Notes: a model not told the origin generated them from the letters alone. DNA of 64,000 nt from Clostridia bacterium (GCA_017461945.1 JAFTSB010000057.1:3594-67593), one strand, 5' to 3'. Positions 18,378 to 28,315 are shown, numbered from the stretch's first letter. Translations and numbers: made by a program.

Positions 18378-18394
18378 GATGAAGGGAGCAGGGC

Positions 18395-19357
18395 ATGAGA
18401 CGACTGATCGTTGGCAAAAACGACGCGGGACAGCGTCTGGATAAATTCATTTCCAAGGCGGTCAAGGGACTGCCCAAATCACTTTTGTATAAAGACATTC
18501 GCACCAAGCGCATCAAGGTCAACGGGGCACGCGCCAAGGAAAACCAGATCCTTGCCTTAGGGGACGAGATCACGCTGTTCATCCGCGATGAATTTTTCGA
18601 TTCTCCCGAGCGTGACGATCACGCGCTGGCGCACATCAAGCCCAAGCTTTCCATCGTGTATGAGGATGAAAACATTCTGCTGCTCAACAAGCGCCCCGGC
18701 GTTTTGGTGCACGAGGATACGGCCGGCGGCGAAAACACCTTGATCCTGCACGTAAAGGCGTATCTGTATGGGAAAGGGGAATATGACCCCGATATCGAGC
18801 AATCCTTTGCTCCGGCGCTTTGCAACCGGATCGACCGCAATACGGGCGGTATTGTGATCGCCGCCAAAAATGCCGAGGCGCTGCGAATTATGAATGAAAA
18901 GATCCGCGAAAATGAAATCAGCAAATTTTATCTTTGCGCGGTCAAGGGCAAAATGCCCCGTCGCGCTGACGAGCTTCGCGGCTATTTGAAAAAGGATAGC
19001 GATGCCAATATGGTTCAGATCTTCGATCGTCCCTTTGCCGGCGCCAAGACCATCATTACGCGCTATCGCGTGTTGGGGGAAAACGGTGGCAATTCGCTAC
19101 TGGAGGTGGAGCTGGTCACGGGTCGAACGCATCAGATCCGCGCTCATATGGCACACATCGGCCACCCGCTGCTTGGAGACGGCAAATATGGCGTGAACCG
19201 CGACGAACGCGGCAAAGGATACAAGCACCAGGCTCTTTATGCGGTGCGATTGCGCTTTGACTTTCAGAGCGAGGCCGGTGCCTTGTCTTACCTGAAGGGC
19301 AAGGAGTTTTCTATTGATGAGAACGAGGTCTGGTTCCTGCGCGATTTTATAAAATAA
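18395..19357 (+). CDS. RluA-family 23S rRNA pseudouridine synthase with an N-terminal S4 domain
   Basis: S4-like N-terminus (QRLDKFISK...), catalytic NRIDRNTGGIVIAAK, GRTHQIRAHMAHIGHPLLGDGKYG. Confidence 0.9.
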   Translation: MRRLIVGKNDAGQRLDKFISKAVKGLPKSLLYKDIRTKRIKVNGARAKENQILALGDEITLFIRDEFFDSPERDDHALAHIKPKLSIVYEDENILLLNKRPGVLVHEDTAGGENTLILHVKAYLYGKGEYDPDIEQSFAPALCNRIDRNTGGIVIAAKNAEALRIMNEKIRENEISKFYLCAVKGKMPRRADELRGYLKKDSDANMVQIFDRPFAGAKTIITRYRVLGENGGNSLLEVELVTGRTHQIRAHMAHIGHPLLGDGKYGVNRDERGKGYKHQALYAVRLRFDFQSEAGALSYLKGKEFSIDENEVWFLRDFIK

Positions 19358-19376
19358 CAGAAAAGGAGGGGGATAC

Positions 19377-21005
19377 ATGAGGAATAAAATGAAAGAAATC
19401 GGCAAACGTGTCGCCGTTTTTTTGACAAAAGTGCCCCCAATGCTGTGTTTGCCCTTCAGCGCTGTTTTAATGGCTCTGTGCTTAATGATCCCCCAGCTTG
19501 GCCCGATGCAATGGTTTTGTATGATTCCTGCGCTTTGGTATCTTTTGGGCCGTTTTCAAAAGGAGCGCATCCCGTTGCGCCGGGCATACGGCCTTGGTTT
19601 TTTGTATTATATCGTCTTTTTTCTGATCATCTGGCATTGGTTTATTGACCTCTATCCTATGGAATTTGCCGGCATCAGCAAGCTGGAGGCGGTGGGGCTG
19701 ATCGCCATCTGCTGGATCGGCCTTTCGTTGCTTCAGGCTTCGCTTGCCGCCCTATCCTTTCCGGTTTTTGCGGCGTTGCTCCGCACGCGCCCCCTACAAC
19801 GCGTTTCGATTTTGACCCCCTTTCTGTTTGCATCGGTTTATACCGTTGCGGAATGGGCACAGACCTTGACCTGGTCCGGCGTGCCTTGGGCGCGCTTGGC
19901 CTTGGGGCAGAGCCAATGCGGCGTTCTGTTTCACAGTGTTTCCTTGTTCGGCTCTTATTTTTTGACTTTCGCCATCGTGGCTGTCAACGCTTTGGCTGCC
20001 TATGCCATTCTGCATTTGGATCGGGCCAGACGGGTGGCCCTGCTGTGTGCCGCCGTATTCGGCCTGAATCTTGCGGCGGAGATGATCGGGTACTTTACCG
20101 CACCCGTTGGTCAGGGAGAAGGCGTTGTGGTAGCAGCGGTACAGGGCAATGTGGGTTCTGCCAATAAATGGACCGCTGACAACACCAAGCAAAGCTACGC
20201 GGTTTACGAAAAGTACACGGCCGAGGCCGTGGCGCGTGGGGCGGAGATCGTTGTGTTCCCTGAAACCTTTATGCCTTACCGCATCACCGAAAACACCGAT
20301 TTGGGGCAATACGTATCGGCCCTGGCCGTCACCTATGGCGTGACCATTCGCTGCGGTGGCTTTTATTACGCGGATGACAACGTATACAATGGCATCTTTA
20401 CGGTGTATCCCAATGGCGAAATTTCCGACACCGTATATGCCAAACGTCGCTTGGTGCCCTTTGGCGAGTTCGTTCCGTGGCGCCCTGTGATCGAGTTCCT
20501 GATCCCACCCTTGGCGGATATGAACATTCTTTCTGACGATCTGGCGCCCGGCACAGATTCTGTCGTCGTAGAGACCTCTGCGGGGCTTGCCGGCACGCTG
20601 ATCTGTTTTGACTCTATCTATGAGAATTTAACGCTGGATGCGGTGCAAAACGGGGCAGAGTACATCTGCCTTTCCACCAACGACTCTTGGTTTTTGGATT
20701 CGATTGGTGTGTATATGCATCATCGGCAAGCTTGCCTGCGTGCCGTGGAAAGCGGACGCTATATCGTCCGCTCCGCCGATACCGGAATCTCTTCTATGAT
20801 CGCCCCCGATGGCCGTAGCTATGAGGTGTTGCCGCCGCTGGTGGAAGGGGTTTCGGTTGGAACAATCTATCCTACCACCCATCGCACGCTGTATTCTTAT
20901 ATCGGCAACACGATGGTGTATCTGCTGATCGCTGCCGAGCTTCTGCTGGCGGCTGACGGCGTGATTACCCTTGTTAAAGCGCGCAAACGCAAGAACGAAG
21001 CATAA
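19377..21005 (+). CDS. lnt: apolipoprotein N-acyltransferase
   Basis: About 8 N-terminal TM helices, then a CN-hydrolase domain with the E-K-C triad context (VVFPETF, KRRLVPFGEFVP, LICFDSIY). Confidence 0.85.
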   Translation: MRNKMKEIGKRVAVFLTKVPPMLCLPFSAVLMALCLMIPQLGPMQWFCMIPALWYLLGRFQKERIPLRRAYGLGFLYYIVFFLIIWHWFIDLYPMEFAGISKLEAVGLIAICWIGLSLLQASLAALSFPVFAALLRTRPLQRVSILTPFLFASVYTVAEWAQTLTWSGVPWARLALGQSQCGVLFHSVSLFGSYFLTFAIVAVNALAAYAILHLDRARRVALLCAAVFGLNLAAEMIGYFTAPVGQGEGVVVAAVQGNVGSANKWTADNTKQSYAVYEKYTAEAVARGAEIVVFPETFMPYRITENTDLGQYVSALAVTYGVTIRCGGFYYADDNVYNGIFTVYPNGEISDTVYAKRRLVPFGEFVPWRPVIEFLIPPLADMNILSDDLAPGTDSVVVETSAGLAGTLICFDSIYENLTLDAVQNGAEYICLSTNDSWFLDSIGVYMHHRQACLRAVESGRYIVRSADTGISSMIAPDGRSYEVLPPLVEGVSVGTIYPTTHRTLYSYIGNTMVYLLIAAELLLAADGVITLVKARKRKNEA

Positions 21006-21036
21006 AAAATCCGCTCCATGGAGCGGATTTTTTTTG
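21004..21036 (+). terminator. intrinsic terminator
   Basis: ATCCGCTC-CATG-GAGCGGAT followed by T8. Confidence 0.85.
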
Positions 21037-21126
21037 TTTTACCGAAATGCTTAAATTTGGTAGACAAACCAAGCAAAATGCGGTATAATGGAAGCAACAA
21101 TCAAGCTTGGAAAGGATTTTTGTCAT

Positions 21127-22998
21127 ATGAAAAGCAATGTGATCCCCGAAATCAAAAACGCTCGCGCGCTGGAGCGGAGCGACGATATCCGTATGAAGCT
21201 GGAGGGTACCCTGGCCGAGGCGGTGCGCTTTATCGAGCGCAATCAGATCTGCGAGGTGGGCCTGTGGCGCAAGTTCGTCGAGGTGTTCCGTATGCACGGC
21301 GACGGCATTGGCGACGTTTGGGTCAGCTGGCGAAGCGAATACTGGGGTAAGATGATGCGCGGTGCCTCTATGGTGTTGCAATATACCAATGATAACGGTA
21401 TGTATAAGATTTTAGAGGAAAGCGTGCGCGATATGCTCACGGCCGAAGATGAGCATGGCCGCATTTCCGGTTATTCCGTCGAACAGGAGTTTACCCGTTG
21501 GGATCTTTGGGGCCGCAAGTATGTGATGCTGGGCATGATGTATTTTATGGAGATCTGCCGCGACGAGGAGCTGAACCATGCCATGATCGCCTCGATGCGC
21601 CGCCAGGCGGATTATATCATCGACCGTATTGGCCCCGGCAAGCTGGATATCCGCACCTGCTCCAAAAACTGGGAGGGGATGAATTCCTGCTCCATTCTGG
21701 AGCCGATGGTGCGACTGTATCGCCTTACCGGTGAGCAGCGCTATCTGGATTTTGCGGAATATATCATTTCCACCGGCTTTATCCAGTCGGCTAACCTGAT
21801 CGAGTTGGCCTATGCCGACGAGGTTGCCCCTCACGATTATCCTGTGGTCAAGGCTTATGAAATGATGTCCTGCTTTGAGGGCCTTTTGCAATATTATTAT
21901 GTGACCGGTATCGAAAAATACAGGACCGCTGTGCTGAATTTCGGGCACCGGATTCTGGATGGCGAGCTGAGCGTGATTGGCTGTAGTGGCTGCACTCATG
22001 AGCTGTTTGACCATACTGCTGTCCGACAGACCCAAACCGATTACAAGGGCATCGTGCAGGAAACCTGCGTGACTGTCACTTGGATGAAGTTTGCTGCAGC
22101 ATTGTTAGAGCTTTCGGGCGAGGCCGCCTTTGCCGACCGTATTGAGCAGTCTTATTACAATGCGTACCTTGGCTCCTTCAACACCCAGCGCGCTCTGTTC
22201 AGCGATAAGAAAATGAACGATGTTCCTCAAGTGCTGCCCTTTGACAGCTATTCGCCCCTGGTGGCAGATCGCCGCGGACGCAAGGTGGGCGGTTATAACT
22301 ATTTTCCCGATCATACCTTTTACGGCTGCTGCGCTTGCATTGGCGCAGCCGGTGCCGGTGTGATCCCCCAGATCGCATTGATGCGCTCGGCTCAGGGCTT
22401 GACGCTGAACTATTATGAGCAGGGTGTGATCCATACCACGACCCCTACCGGTAAAGCGCTGACCTTGACGATGGATACCGCTTATCCCTACGACGGCAAG
22501 GTGCGCATTGCGTTGGAAACCGAGGCTGACGAGCTTTTCACCTTGGCACTTCGTGTGCCTGCGTGGTGTCAAAAGGCAACGGTCACCGTGGGTAGCAGCA
22601 CGCAAGAGGCCGCTCCCGGATATGTCCAGTTGTCGCAAAAATGGCAGAACGGTGATGTGATTTTGCTGGATCTCCCCATGCGCGTGACGCGCGTATTGCC
22701 CCCCGAGGGTGCTGTGAATGCGGATGTATTTGCCGCCTATCAGCACGGCCCCATTGTATTGGCCGCCGACAAGCGTGTGGCTGACCCCGATAGCGTGCTG
22801 GCTCTGCAGTGTGATGAGCAGGGAACGGCCGACTCGCGCGCGGTATATTGTCCCGAGATCCGAGAGGCACACCTTTGCCTTGAGGTTGCGTTGGAAAATG
22901 GCGAGAAGGCTCGCCTGATCGACTATGCCTCGGCAGGCAAGACCTGGACCGAGGAATCTCGCTGTGCCGCGTGGCTTTATCAAAAGCCTCTCGCATAA
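21127..22998 (+). CDS. glycoside hydrolase family 127-like (DUF1680, beta-L-arabinofuranosidase-type)
   Basis: Size and layout fit GH127, with a Cys-rich active-site-like block FYGCCACIGAAGAG. Start chosen at MKSNV; the call is from memory of the family. Confidence 0.6.
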   Translation: MKSNVIPEIKNARALERSDDIRMKLEGTLAEAVRFIERNQICEVGLWRKFVEVFRMHGDGIGDVWVSWRSEYWGKMMRGASMVLQYTNDNGMYKILEESVRDMLTAEDEHGRISGYSVEQEFTRWDLWGRKYVMLGMMYFMEICRDEELNHAMIASMRRQADYIIDRIGPGKLDIRTCSKNWEGMNSCSILEPMVRLYRLTGEQRYLDFAEYIISTGFIQSANLIELAYADEVAPHDYPVVKAYEMMSCFEGLLQYYYVTGIEKYRTAVLNFGHRILDGELSVIGCSGCTHELFDHTAVRQTQTDYKGIVQETCVTVTWMKFAAALLELSGEAAFADRIEQSYYNAYLGSFNTQRALFSDKKMNDVPQVLPFDSYSPLVADRRGRKVGGYNYFPDHTFYGCCACIGAAGAGVIPQIALMRSAQGLTLNYYEQGVIHTTTPTGKALTLTMDTAYPYDGKVRIALETEADELFTLALRVPAWCQKATVTVGSSTQEAAPGYVQLSQKWQNGDVILLDLPMRVTRVLPPEGAVNADVFAAYQHGPIVLAADKRVADPDSVLALQCDEQGTADSRAVYCPEIREAHLCLEVALENGEKARLIDYASAGKTWTEESRCAAWLYQKPLA

Positions 22999-23004
22999 AA
23001 CAAC

Positions 23005-23036
23005 AAAAAGGCCGCCCAATTGGGCGGCCTTTTTAT
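23005..23036. terminator. bidirectional intrinsic terminator
   Basis: GGCCGCCCA / TGGGCGGCC stem flanked by A5 and T5, between convergent genes. Confidence 0.85.
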
Positions 23037-23045
23037 TTACCGTCA

Positions 23046-23300
23046 TTAGTCGGTAACGTAGGGCAGCAGAGCAACCTGACGAGCACGCTTGATAGCGGTG
23101 TTCAGCTCGCGCTGATGCTTTGCGCAAGCGCCGGAAATACGGCGGGGCAGGATCTTGCCGCGCTCGCTGATGAACTTGCGAAGCTTTGCGGTATCCTTGT
23201 AATCAATGAAAGCGACCTTGTCAGCGCAGAACACGCAAACCTTCTTTCTCTTGCGGTTCATGGGGCGCACAGGGCGCACGGTAGTTTCGGTTCTATCCAT
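23046..23300 (-). CDS. rpsR: 30S ribosomal protein S18
   Basis: [49 protein letters not shown]. Confidence 0.95.
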   Translation of the reverse strand: MDRTETTVRPVRPMNRKRKKVCVFCADKVAFIDYKDTAKLRKFISERGKILPRRISGACAKHQRELNTAIKRARQVALLPYVTD

Positions 23301-23335
23301 GATAAGAAATCCTCCTATAAATATTTGGTGATCTG

Positions 23336-23803
23336 TCAGAAGGGCAGATCGTCGTCCGCCTTCAGCTCCTCAAAATTGGGAGCACCTGCAGGGGTAGAGA
23401 AGGCAGGAGCGGGAGCGGCATAGGCGTCAGGGGTATAACCACCTGCAGCGCCGGTTTCATTTCTGCTGTCAACAAACATGGCCTCGTCTACAACCACCTC
23501 GGTGGCATAGCGGCGCTGACCCTGCTGGTCCTGCCAGGATCTGGTCTGGATCGAGCCGGTCACGCACAGAGCGGAGCCCTTTTTGAAGTACTTGGAAATG
23601 AATTCCGCGGTTTGCCGCCAAGCAACAACGCTGATGAAATCAGCCTGCTGACCGCCTGCGGCATCGGCGGTACGGGATTGGAATCTACGGTTAACGGCGA
23701 GCGTAAAGGTGACTACGGCAACGCCGTTCTGGGTCTGCTTCAGTTCGGGATCGGCAGTAAGCCGTCCGCAAAGCACCACTTTGTTCAGATTTAAGCTGGA
23801 CAT
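23336..23803 (-). CDS. ssb: single-stranded DNA-binding protein
   Basis: [24 protein letters not shown]-fold N-terminus and the acidic tail DDDLPF. Confidence 0.95.
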   Translation of the reverse strand: MSSLNLNKVVLCGRLTADPELKQTQNGVAVVTFTLAVNRRFQSRTADAAGGQQADFISVVAWRQTAEFISKYFKKGSALCVTGSIQTRSWQDQQGQRRYATEVVVDEAMFVDSRNETGAAGGYTPDAYAAPAPAFSTPAGAPNFEELKADDDLPF

Positions 23804-23835
23804 ACCAAACGCCTCCTACTGTTCCGTAAGTTCGA

Positions 23836-24216
23836 TTACTCTGCGTCGGCTACGGGCTCGGCAGCAGGAGCTTCCTCGGTGGCAGCCTCTTCAGCAGGAG
23901 CAGCAGCCTTGGCTACAGCCTCATGCTCAAGACGGATCACCATGGAGCGCATGACGTTCTCATCGATGTTGTAGAGACGCTCAAGCTCTGCGGGGAACTC
24001 AGCCTCGGACTTAAAGGTCACGACCGTGTAGTATCCCTCGGGCTTGTCATTGATGGGGTATGCAAGACGACGCTTGCCCCAATCGGCGACTTCCACGACC
24101 TCGGCGTTCTTTGCGATGATGTCGGTGAACTTGGCAACGACGGCCTTGGTGGCCTCCTCGCCGCCCTCAACATCAACGATGAACAGGGTTTCGTAAGAGT
24201 TGATTACCTTTTCCAT
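23836..24216 (-). CDS. rpsF: 30S ribosomal protein S6 with an Ala/Glu-rich C-terminal extension
   Basis: YETLFIVDV...WGKRRLAYPINDKPEGYY. Confidence 0.93.
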   Translation of the reverse strand: MEKVINSYETLFIVDVEGGEEATKAVVAKFTDIIAKNAEVVEVADWGKRRLAYPINDKPEGYYTVVTFKSEAEFPAELERLYNIDENVMRSMVIRLEHEAVAKAAAPAEEAATEEAPAAEPVADAE

Positions 24217-24311
24217 ATTTTACACCTCCCTATGGACGTTAGACCGCACACATGATAGAATTTATATGCGGTAAGGAGACGGGCGCTGATAGCAGCCCGC
24301 ATCAAGACAAT

Positions 24312-24340
24312 ATTTTACCATGATTTTGCTTGCTTGTCAA
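24312..24340 (-). promoter_or_regulatory. sigma-70-like promoter of rpsF-ssb-rpsR
   Basis: On the minus strand: TTGACA (24340-24335), 17-nt spacer, TAAAAT (24317-24312). This leaves a ~95-nt leader. Confidence 0.6.
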
Positions 24341-24435
24341 GTGCTTTCTCGCCAATCATCGGGCTATTTTTCGCTTTCTTTCCGTATTATTTGTACAAAA
24401 GCCCGGATTTTTTAAAATAAAAATCAAAAAAGGGG

Positions 24436-24464
24436 TTGACAGCAAGAGGGACTTGTGCTATACT
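24436..24464 (+). promoter_or_regulatory. sigma-70-like promoter of ylxM-ffh
   Basis: TTGACA (24436-24441), 17-nt spacer, TGcTATACT (24456-24464). Confidence 0.7.
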
Positions 24465-24498
24465 CTGTAAAGGATTTTGCTTTACAGGGGGTGTTTGC

Positions 24499-24837
24499 AT
24501 GTTTGAAAAGAATTTGCACATCGCCTATTTGCTTGATCAATACGCCTGCGTTTTGGGTGAGCGGCACCGCACCGTGTTGGATTATTACTATAATCAGGAT
24601 TTTTCCCTATCCGAGATCGCCGGCGAGCTGGGCATTTCCCGTCAGGGGGTGCGCGACAGCATCAAAAAGGCCGAGGAGGAGCTCTTCTTTTTGGAAGAGA
24701 ATCTGGGGCTGTATCAGCGTGCCGTTAAAGTCACGGAGCTGGGAGAGCAGCTGCTTTCCACCGAGATGTCGCAGACAGCAAGGGCCTTGATCAACGAGCT
24801 GATCTCCACAGCGGGCGGCAGTCCGCAGCAAAAATAA
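24499..24837 (+). CDS. ylxM: UPF0122/YlxM helix-turn-helix protein (SRP-operon associated)
   Basis: RTVLDYYYNQDFSLSEIAGELGISRQGVRDSIKKAE, immediately upstream of ffh. Confidence 0.88.
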   Translation: MFEKNLHIAYLLDQYACVLGERHRTVLDYYYNQDFSLSEIAGELGISRQGVRDSIKKAEEELFFLEENLGLYQRAVKVTELGEQLLSTEMSQTARALINELISTAGGSPQQK

Positions 24838-24852
24838 GAAAGGCGGTATTTT

Positions 24853-26193
24853 ATGTTTGAGAGCTTAAGCGAAAAATTGAGTAACGCCTTTAAGTTTTTC
24901 CGCAATAAAGGTAAACTTACCGAGGCCGACGTCAAGGCCGGTATGCGCGAGATCAAGCTGGCGCTGCTGGAGGCTGATGTTAATTTTAAAGTGGTGCGCG
25001 ATTTCGTCAAAATGGTGTCGGAGCGCGCCGTTGGCAGTGAGGTGCTGGAATCTCTGGTGCCTGCACAGCAGATCGTTAAGATCGTAAACGAAGAAATGAT
25101 CCGCCTGATGGGCGAGACGCAGGCCAAATTGACCATTGCGCCCAAGCCCCCCACGGTGGTCATGATGGTTGGTTTGCAGGGCGCCGGTAAGACCACCCAC
25201 GCCGGCAAGCTGGCCGGTATGTATAAAAAGCAGGGCAAAAAGCCTTTGCTGGTGGCTTGTGACGTATACCGTCCCGCCGCTATTAAGCAGCTCCAGATCG
25301 TGGGTGAAAAGCTGGATATCCCCGTGTTCACCATGGGTGAGAAGGAAAAGCCCGTTAAGATCGCCAAAGAGGGCTTGAAGCACGCCGAAAAGATGGGCTA
25401 TGATATGGTCTTTGTGGATACGGCAGGCCGTCTCCACATTGATGAGGAGCTTATGGGCGAGCTGCAGGATATCAAAAAGGCCGTAGAACCCACCGAGATC
25501 CTGTTGACCATTGATGCAATGATCGGTCAGGATGCCGTAACGGTGGCGGATCACTTCAACAGCCAGCTTGACGTGACCGGTGTGATCCTTACCAAGCTGG
25601 ATGGCGACACCCGTGGTGGCGCAGCGCTTTCGGTGCGTCACGTGACCGGCAAGCCGATCAAATTTGTGGGCGTTGGCGAAAAGCTGGATGCCATCGAGCC
25701 CTTTTATCCCGACCGTATGGCCAGCCGTATCCTTGGTATGGGCGATGTGCTCTCTTTGATTGAAAAGGCAGAGCAGGCCTATGACGAAAAGCAGGCCAAG
25801 GAGCTGGAGAAAAAGATCCGCGAGTCCACCTTTACCCTTGATGACTATCTGCAGCAGTTCGAGCAGCTGCGCAAGATGGGAAATATTGAGTCGCTTCTGG
25901 GTATGATGCCGGGCGTGAACGCAAGCGCCTTGAAGGATGCCAAGATCGACGAAAAGCAGCTTTCCCGTACCGAAGCGATCATCAAATCCATGACCTTGAA
26001 GGAAAGGGAAAAGCCCGACATCATCGGTGCTTCTCGCAAGCAGCGTATTGCCAAGGGCAGCGGCACCTCAGTAGAGGATGTCAACAAGCTGCTTAAGCAA
26101 TTTGAGCAGGTGCGCAAGATGATGAAGCAGTTTGCCAACGGCGGCATGAAGCGCGGCATGTTTGGCAAGGGGAAGATGCGCTTTCCCATGTAA
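24853..26193 (+). CDS. ffh: signal recognition particle protein
   Basis: MFESLSEKL N-terminus, GTPase motifs GLQGAGKTT, DTAGR and TKLDGD, and a Met-rich M domain. Confidence 0.96.
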   Translation: MFESLSEKLSNAFKFFRNKGKLTEADVKAGMREIKLALLEADVNFKVVRDFVKMVSERAVGSEVLESLVPAQQIVKIVNEEMIRLMGETQAKLTIAPKPPTVVMMVGLQGAGKTTHAGKLAGMYKKQGKKPLLVACDVYRPAAIKQLQIVGEKLDIPVFTMGEKEKPVKIAKEGLKHAEKMGYDMVFVDTAGRLHIDEELMGELQDIKKAVEPTEILLTIDAMIGQDAVTVADHFNSQLDVTGVILTKLDGDTRGGAALSVRHVTGKPIKFVGVGEKLDAIEPFYPDRMASRILGMGDVLSLIEKAEQAYDEKQAKELEKKIRESTFTLDDYLQQFEQLRKMGNIESLLGMMPGVNASALKDAKIDEKQLSRTEAIIKSMTLKEREKPDIIGASRKQRIAKGSGTSVEDVNKLLKQFEQVRKMMKQFANGGMKRGMFGKGKMRFPM

Positions 26194-26268
26194 TGTGTCT
26201 TAAAAACAAGACACCGTAACACAGTTTTCCAAAAAATTTATTTATAAAAACAAAGGAGAATTTTAACC

Positions 26269-26505
26269 ATGGTTAAAATCAGACTCACCAGAACCGGTAA
26301 GACTCATTCCGCTTGCTACCGCATCGTTGTTGCCGATCAGCGCTCTCCCCGCGACGGTCGCTTCATCGAGGAGATCGGCTTCTACAACCCCAACTCCAAG
26401 GAGTTGAAGGTAAACGAAGAGGCTGCAAAGAAGTGGATCGCTAACGGCGCACAGCCCAGCGACACCACCAAGGCACTCCTGAAGAAGGCCGGCGTTATCG
26501 CTTGA
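26269..26505 (+). CDS. rpsP: 30S ribosomal protein S16
   Basis: [41 protein letters not shown]. Confidence 0.95.
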   Translation: MVKIRLTRTGKTHSACYRIVVADQRSPRDGRFIEEIGFYNPNSKELKVNEEAAKKWIANGAQPSDTTKALLKKAGVIA

Positions 26506-26519
26506 TCCGGGGTGACGCA

Positions 26520-26759
26520 ATGGTCAACCTGAAGGAGATCCTCTCCGACATCGCACGCGCTATCGTGGATCATCCCGATGACGTTGTGGTGACCGAGGAG
26601 GAAAAAGGCGACGAGGTCACTCTGACCCTTGGCGTTCATGCCGACGATATGGGCATGGTCATCGGCCGTCACGGCAGAATTGCAAAGGCAATCCGCTCTG
26701 TGATGAAGTCGGTTGCCGGCACCTGCGGCAAAAAGGTCAACGTCGAGATCAAGGACTGA
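26520..26759 (+). CDS. KH-domain RNA-binding protein (UPF0109/YlqC-like)
   Basis: GMVIGRHGRIAKAIRSVM (KH GxxG loop). Conserved position after rpsP. Confidence 0.85.
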   Translation: MVNLKEILSDIARAIVDHPDDVVVTEEEKGDEVTLTLGVHADDMGMVIGRHGRIAKAIRSVMKSVAGTCGKKVNVEIKD

Positions 26760-26768
26760 CGAAACACC

Positions 26769-26866
26769 AAAAGAGCGCGCACCGCTGCGGTGCGCGCTCT
26801 TTTGGTTAAACTGCCACAGTAAGCCCCCTGTAAGGGGGCTTTTGTCGGAAATCCGACAAAGTTTTT
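26769..26866 (+). terminator. three consecutive hairpins closing the ffh-rpsP operon
   Basis: AGAGCGCGCAC / GTGCGCGCTCT plus TTT (26772-26803). AGCCCCC-TGTA-AGGGGGCT plus TTT (~26821-26843). TTGTCGG-AAAT-CCGACAA followed by AGTTTTTT (~26842-26866). Confidence 0.75.
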
Positions 26867-26875
26867 TCCCTTACC

Positions 26876-26904
26876 TTGACATTTCGGGGGACGGGTGTTA
26901 CAAT
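26876..26904 (+). promoter_or_regulatory. sigma-70-like promoter of the MFS gene
   Basis: TTGACA (26876-26881), 17-nt spacer, TACAAT (26899-26904). Confidence 0.7.
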
Positions 26905-26936
26905 TACCATATATTGATACTATAACGGAGGGAATT

Positions 26937-28217
26937 ATGAGTTTAACCATCTCTGCAAAGGCCAAAAAGATCACGTGGCTGCTTGCTATGGTCTATTTTG
27001 CCAGCTATTTGATGCGCAAAAACTTCTCGGTTATGCTGGCCGCTATTACGGCCTCGGGCTTTGACCCGGTTGCTCTTGGTGTGGTGGGCTCTGCAATGAC
27101 CATCTCTTACGGTGCAGGGCAGATCGTCAACGGTATTCTGGGAGATAAGATCAAACCCCAGTATATGCTGACCTGCGGCCTGTTTTTGGCTGCCGCGTGC
27201 AACTTTGCCATGTCCTTTTGTACCACGGTCACGCTGATGGCGGTGGTATGGTTTGTCAACGGCTTTGCACACGCCATGCTGTGGCCGCCCATTGTTCGCT
27301 TGATGGCAATGCACATGAATGACACCGAATATGGCTATGCCGCTGTTCGCATTTCTGCCGCATCCTCTATTGCGACCATCGTGCTATACTTACTCTCTCC
27401 CGTTTTGCTTAAGGTGATGGATTGGAACAAGGTGATCCTGTGTATCGGCTTTGCCGGTGTTGCCATTGCCGTTGCCTGGGTGCTGCTCAACCCCCGCTTG
27501 TTCCAAAAGGAGGGCGCTTCCTTGCCCACGGCCGATGGAGCAGAGGAAGCTGCCGCGCCTGCCGACGCCAAAAAGAACGTTCCGCTGCCGGCCATGGTCT
27601 GGCTGCCCATCGTGCTGATCTTTCTTGGTATTGTGCTGCAGGGTGCTTTGCGTGACGGCGTGGGCGACTGGATGCCCACCTATATGGCGCAGGCCTTTGA
27701 GCTGGATCCCGAAAACGCCATCATTACCGGTGTGGTTCCCGCTATTTTCAGCATCATCAGCTTTACGGCCTTCGACCTGCTGCATCGCAAGCTTCTCAAA
27801 AACGAGGTTACCTGTGCAGCTGTGATCTTCGTGGGCTCTACGGTTTGCGCAGGACTTCTTCTGATGCTCAATCTGTTGGGCGTTTCCGGCTGGGGCGCTG
27901 CCATTCTCTCCGCTTTGCTGATCGGTGTTCTGGTGGCTTGCATGCACGGCATCAACCTGATGCTGATTACCGTTGTACCTAAGAGATTTATTAAAAGTGG
28001 CAAGGTTTCTACCTTCTCCGGTCTGTTGAATGCCGGTACTTATGTGGGTGCTGCTGTGGCACTGCCGCTGTTCCCTGCTTTGGCCGAGAACTTTGACTGG
28101 AACGCCACCATCATCGCGTGGGCCGTCATTGCCGCTCTGGGGGCAATCGTTTGCTTCGCTGTCGTACCCTTGTGGACGAAATTCAGAAAAGAATACTCCG
28201 ATAATCCCGAGGTGTAA
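26937..28217 (+). CDS. MFS transporter, organophosphate:phosphate antiporter (GlpT/UhpC)-like
   Basis: About 12 TM helices. The N-terminal WLLAMVYFASYLMRKNFSVMLAAI matches the R-x-NFS pattern I associate with the OPA family. GGAGGGA SD before ATG 26937. Confidence 0.7.
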   Translation: MSLTISAKAKKITWLLAMVYFASYLMRKNFSVMLAAITASGFDPVALGVVGSAMTISYGAGQIVNGILGDKIKPQYMLTCGLFLAAACNFAMSFCTTVTLMAVVWFVNGFAHAMLWPPIVRLMAMHMNDTEYGYAAVRISAASSIATIVLYLLSPVLLKVMDWNKVILCIGFAGVAIAVAWVLLNPRLFQKEGASLPTADGAEEAAAPADAKKNVPLPAMVWLPIVLIFLGIVLQGALRDGVGDWMPTYMAQAFELDPENAIITGVVPAIFSIISFTAFDLLHRKLLKNEVTCAAVIFVGSTVCAGLLLMLNLLGVSGWGAAILSALLIGVLVACMHGINLMLITVVPKRFIKSGKVSTFSGLLNAGTYVGAAVALPLFPALAENFDWNATIIAWAVIAALGAIVCFAVVPLWTKFRKEYSDNPEV

Positions 28218-28221
28218 AGGG

Positions 28222-28259
28222 AAAAGCCGCAGTTTGCAAATGCAATCTGCGGCTTTTTG
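28222..28259 (+). terminator. intrinsic terminator
   Basis: AGCCGCAG (28225-28232) / CTGCGGCT (28247-28254) plus TTTTT. Confidence 0.75.
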
Positions 28260-28260
28260 C

Positions 28261-28289
28261 TTGACTTTCATTTTTGCTCGTGCTACAAT
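28261..28289 (+). promoter_or_regulatory. sigma-70-like promoter of the PHP-PHP-phosphoesterase operon
   Basis: TTGACT (28261-28266), 17-nt spacer, TACAAT (28284-28289). Confidence 0.65.
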
Positions 28290-28315
28290 AAAACCAAAGA
28301 AAGAGAGGTGCTGAT

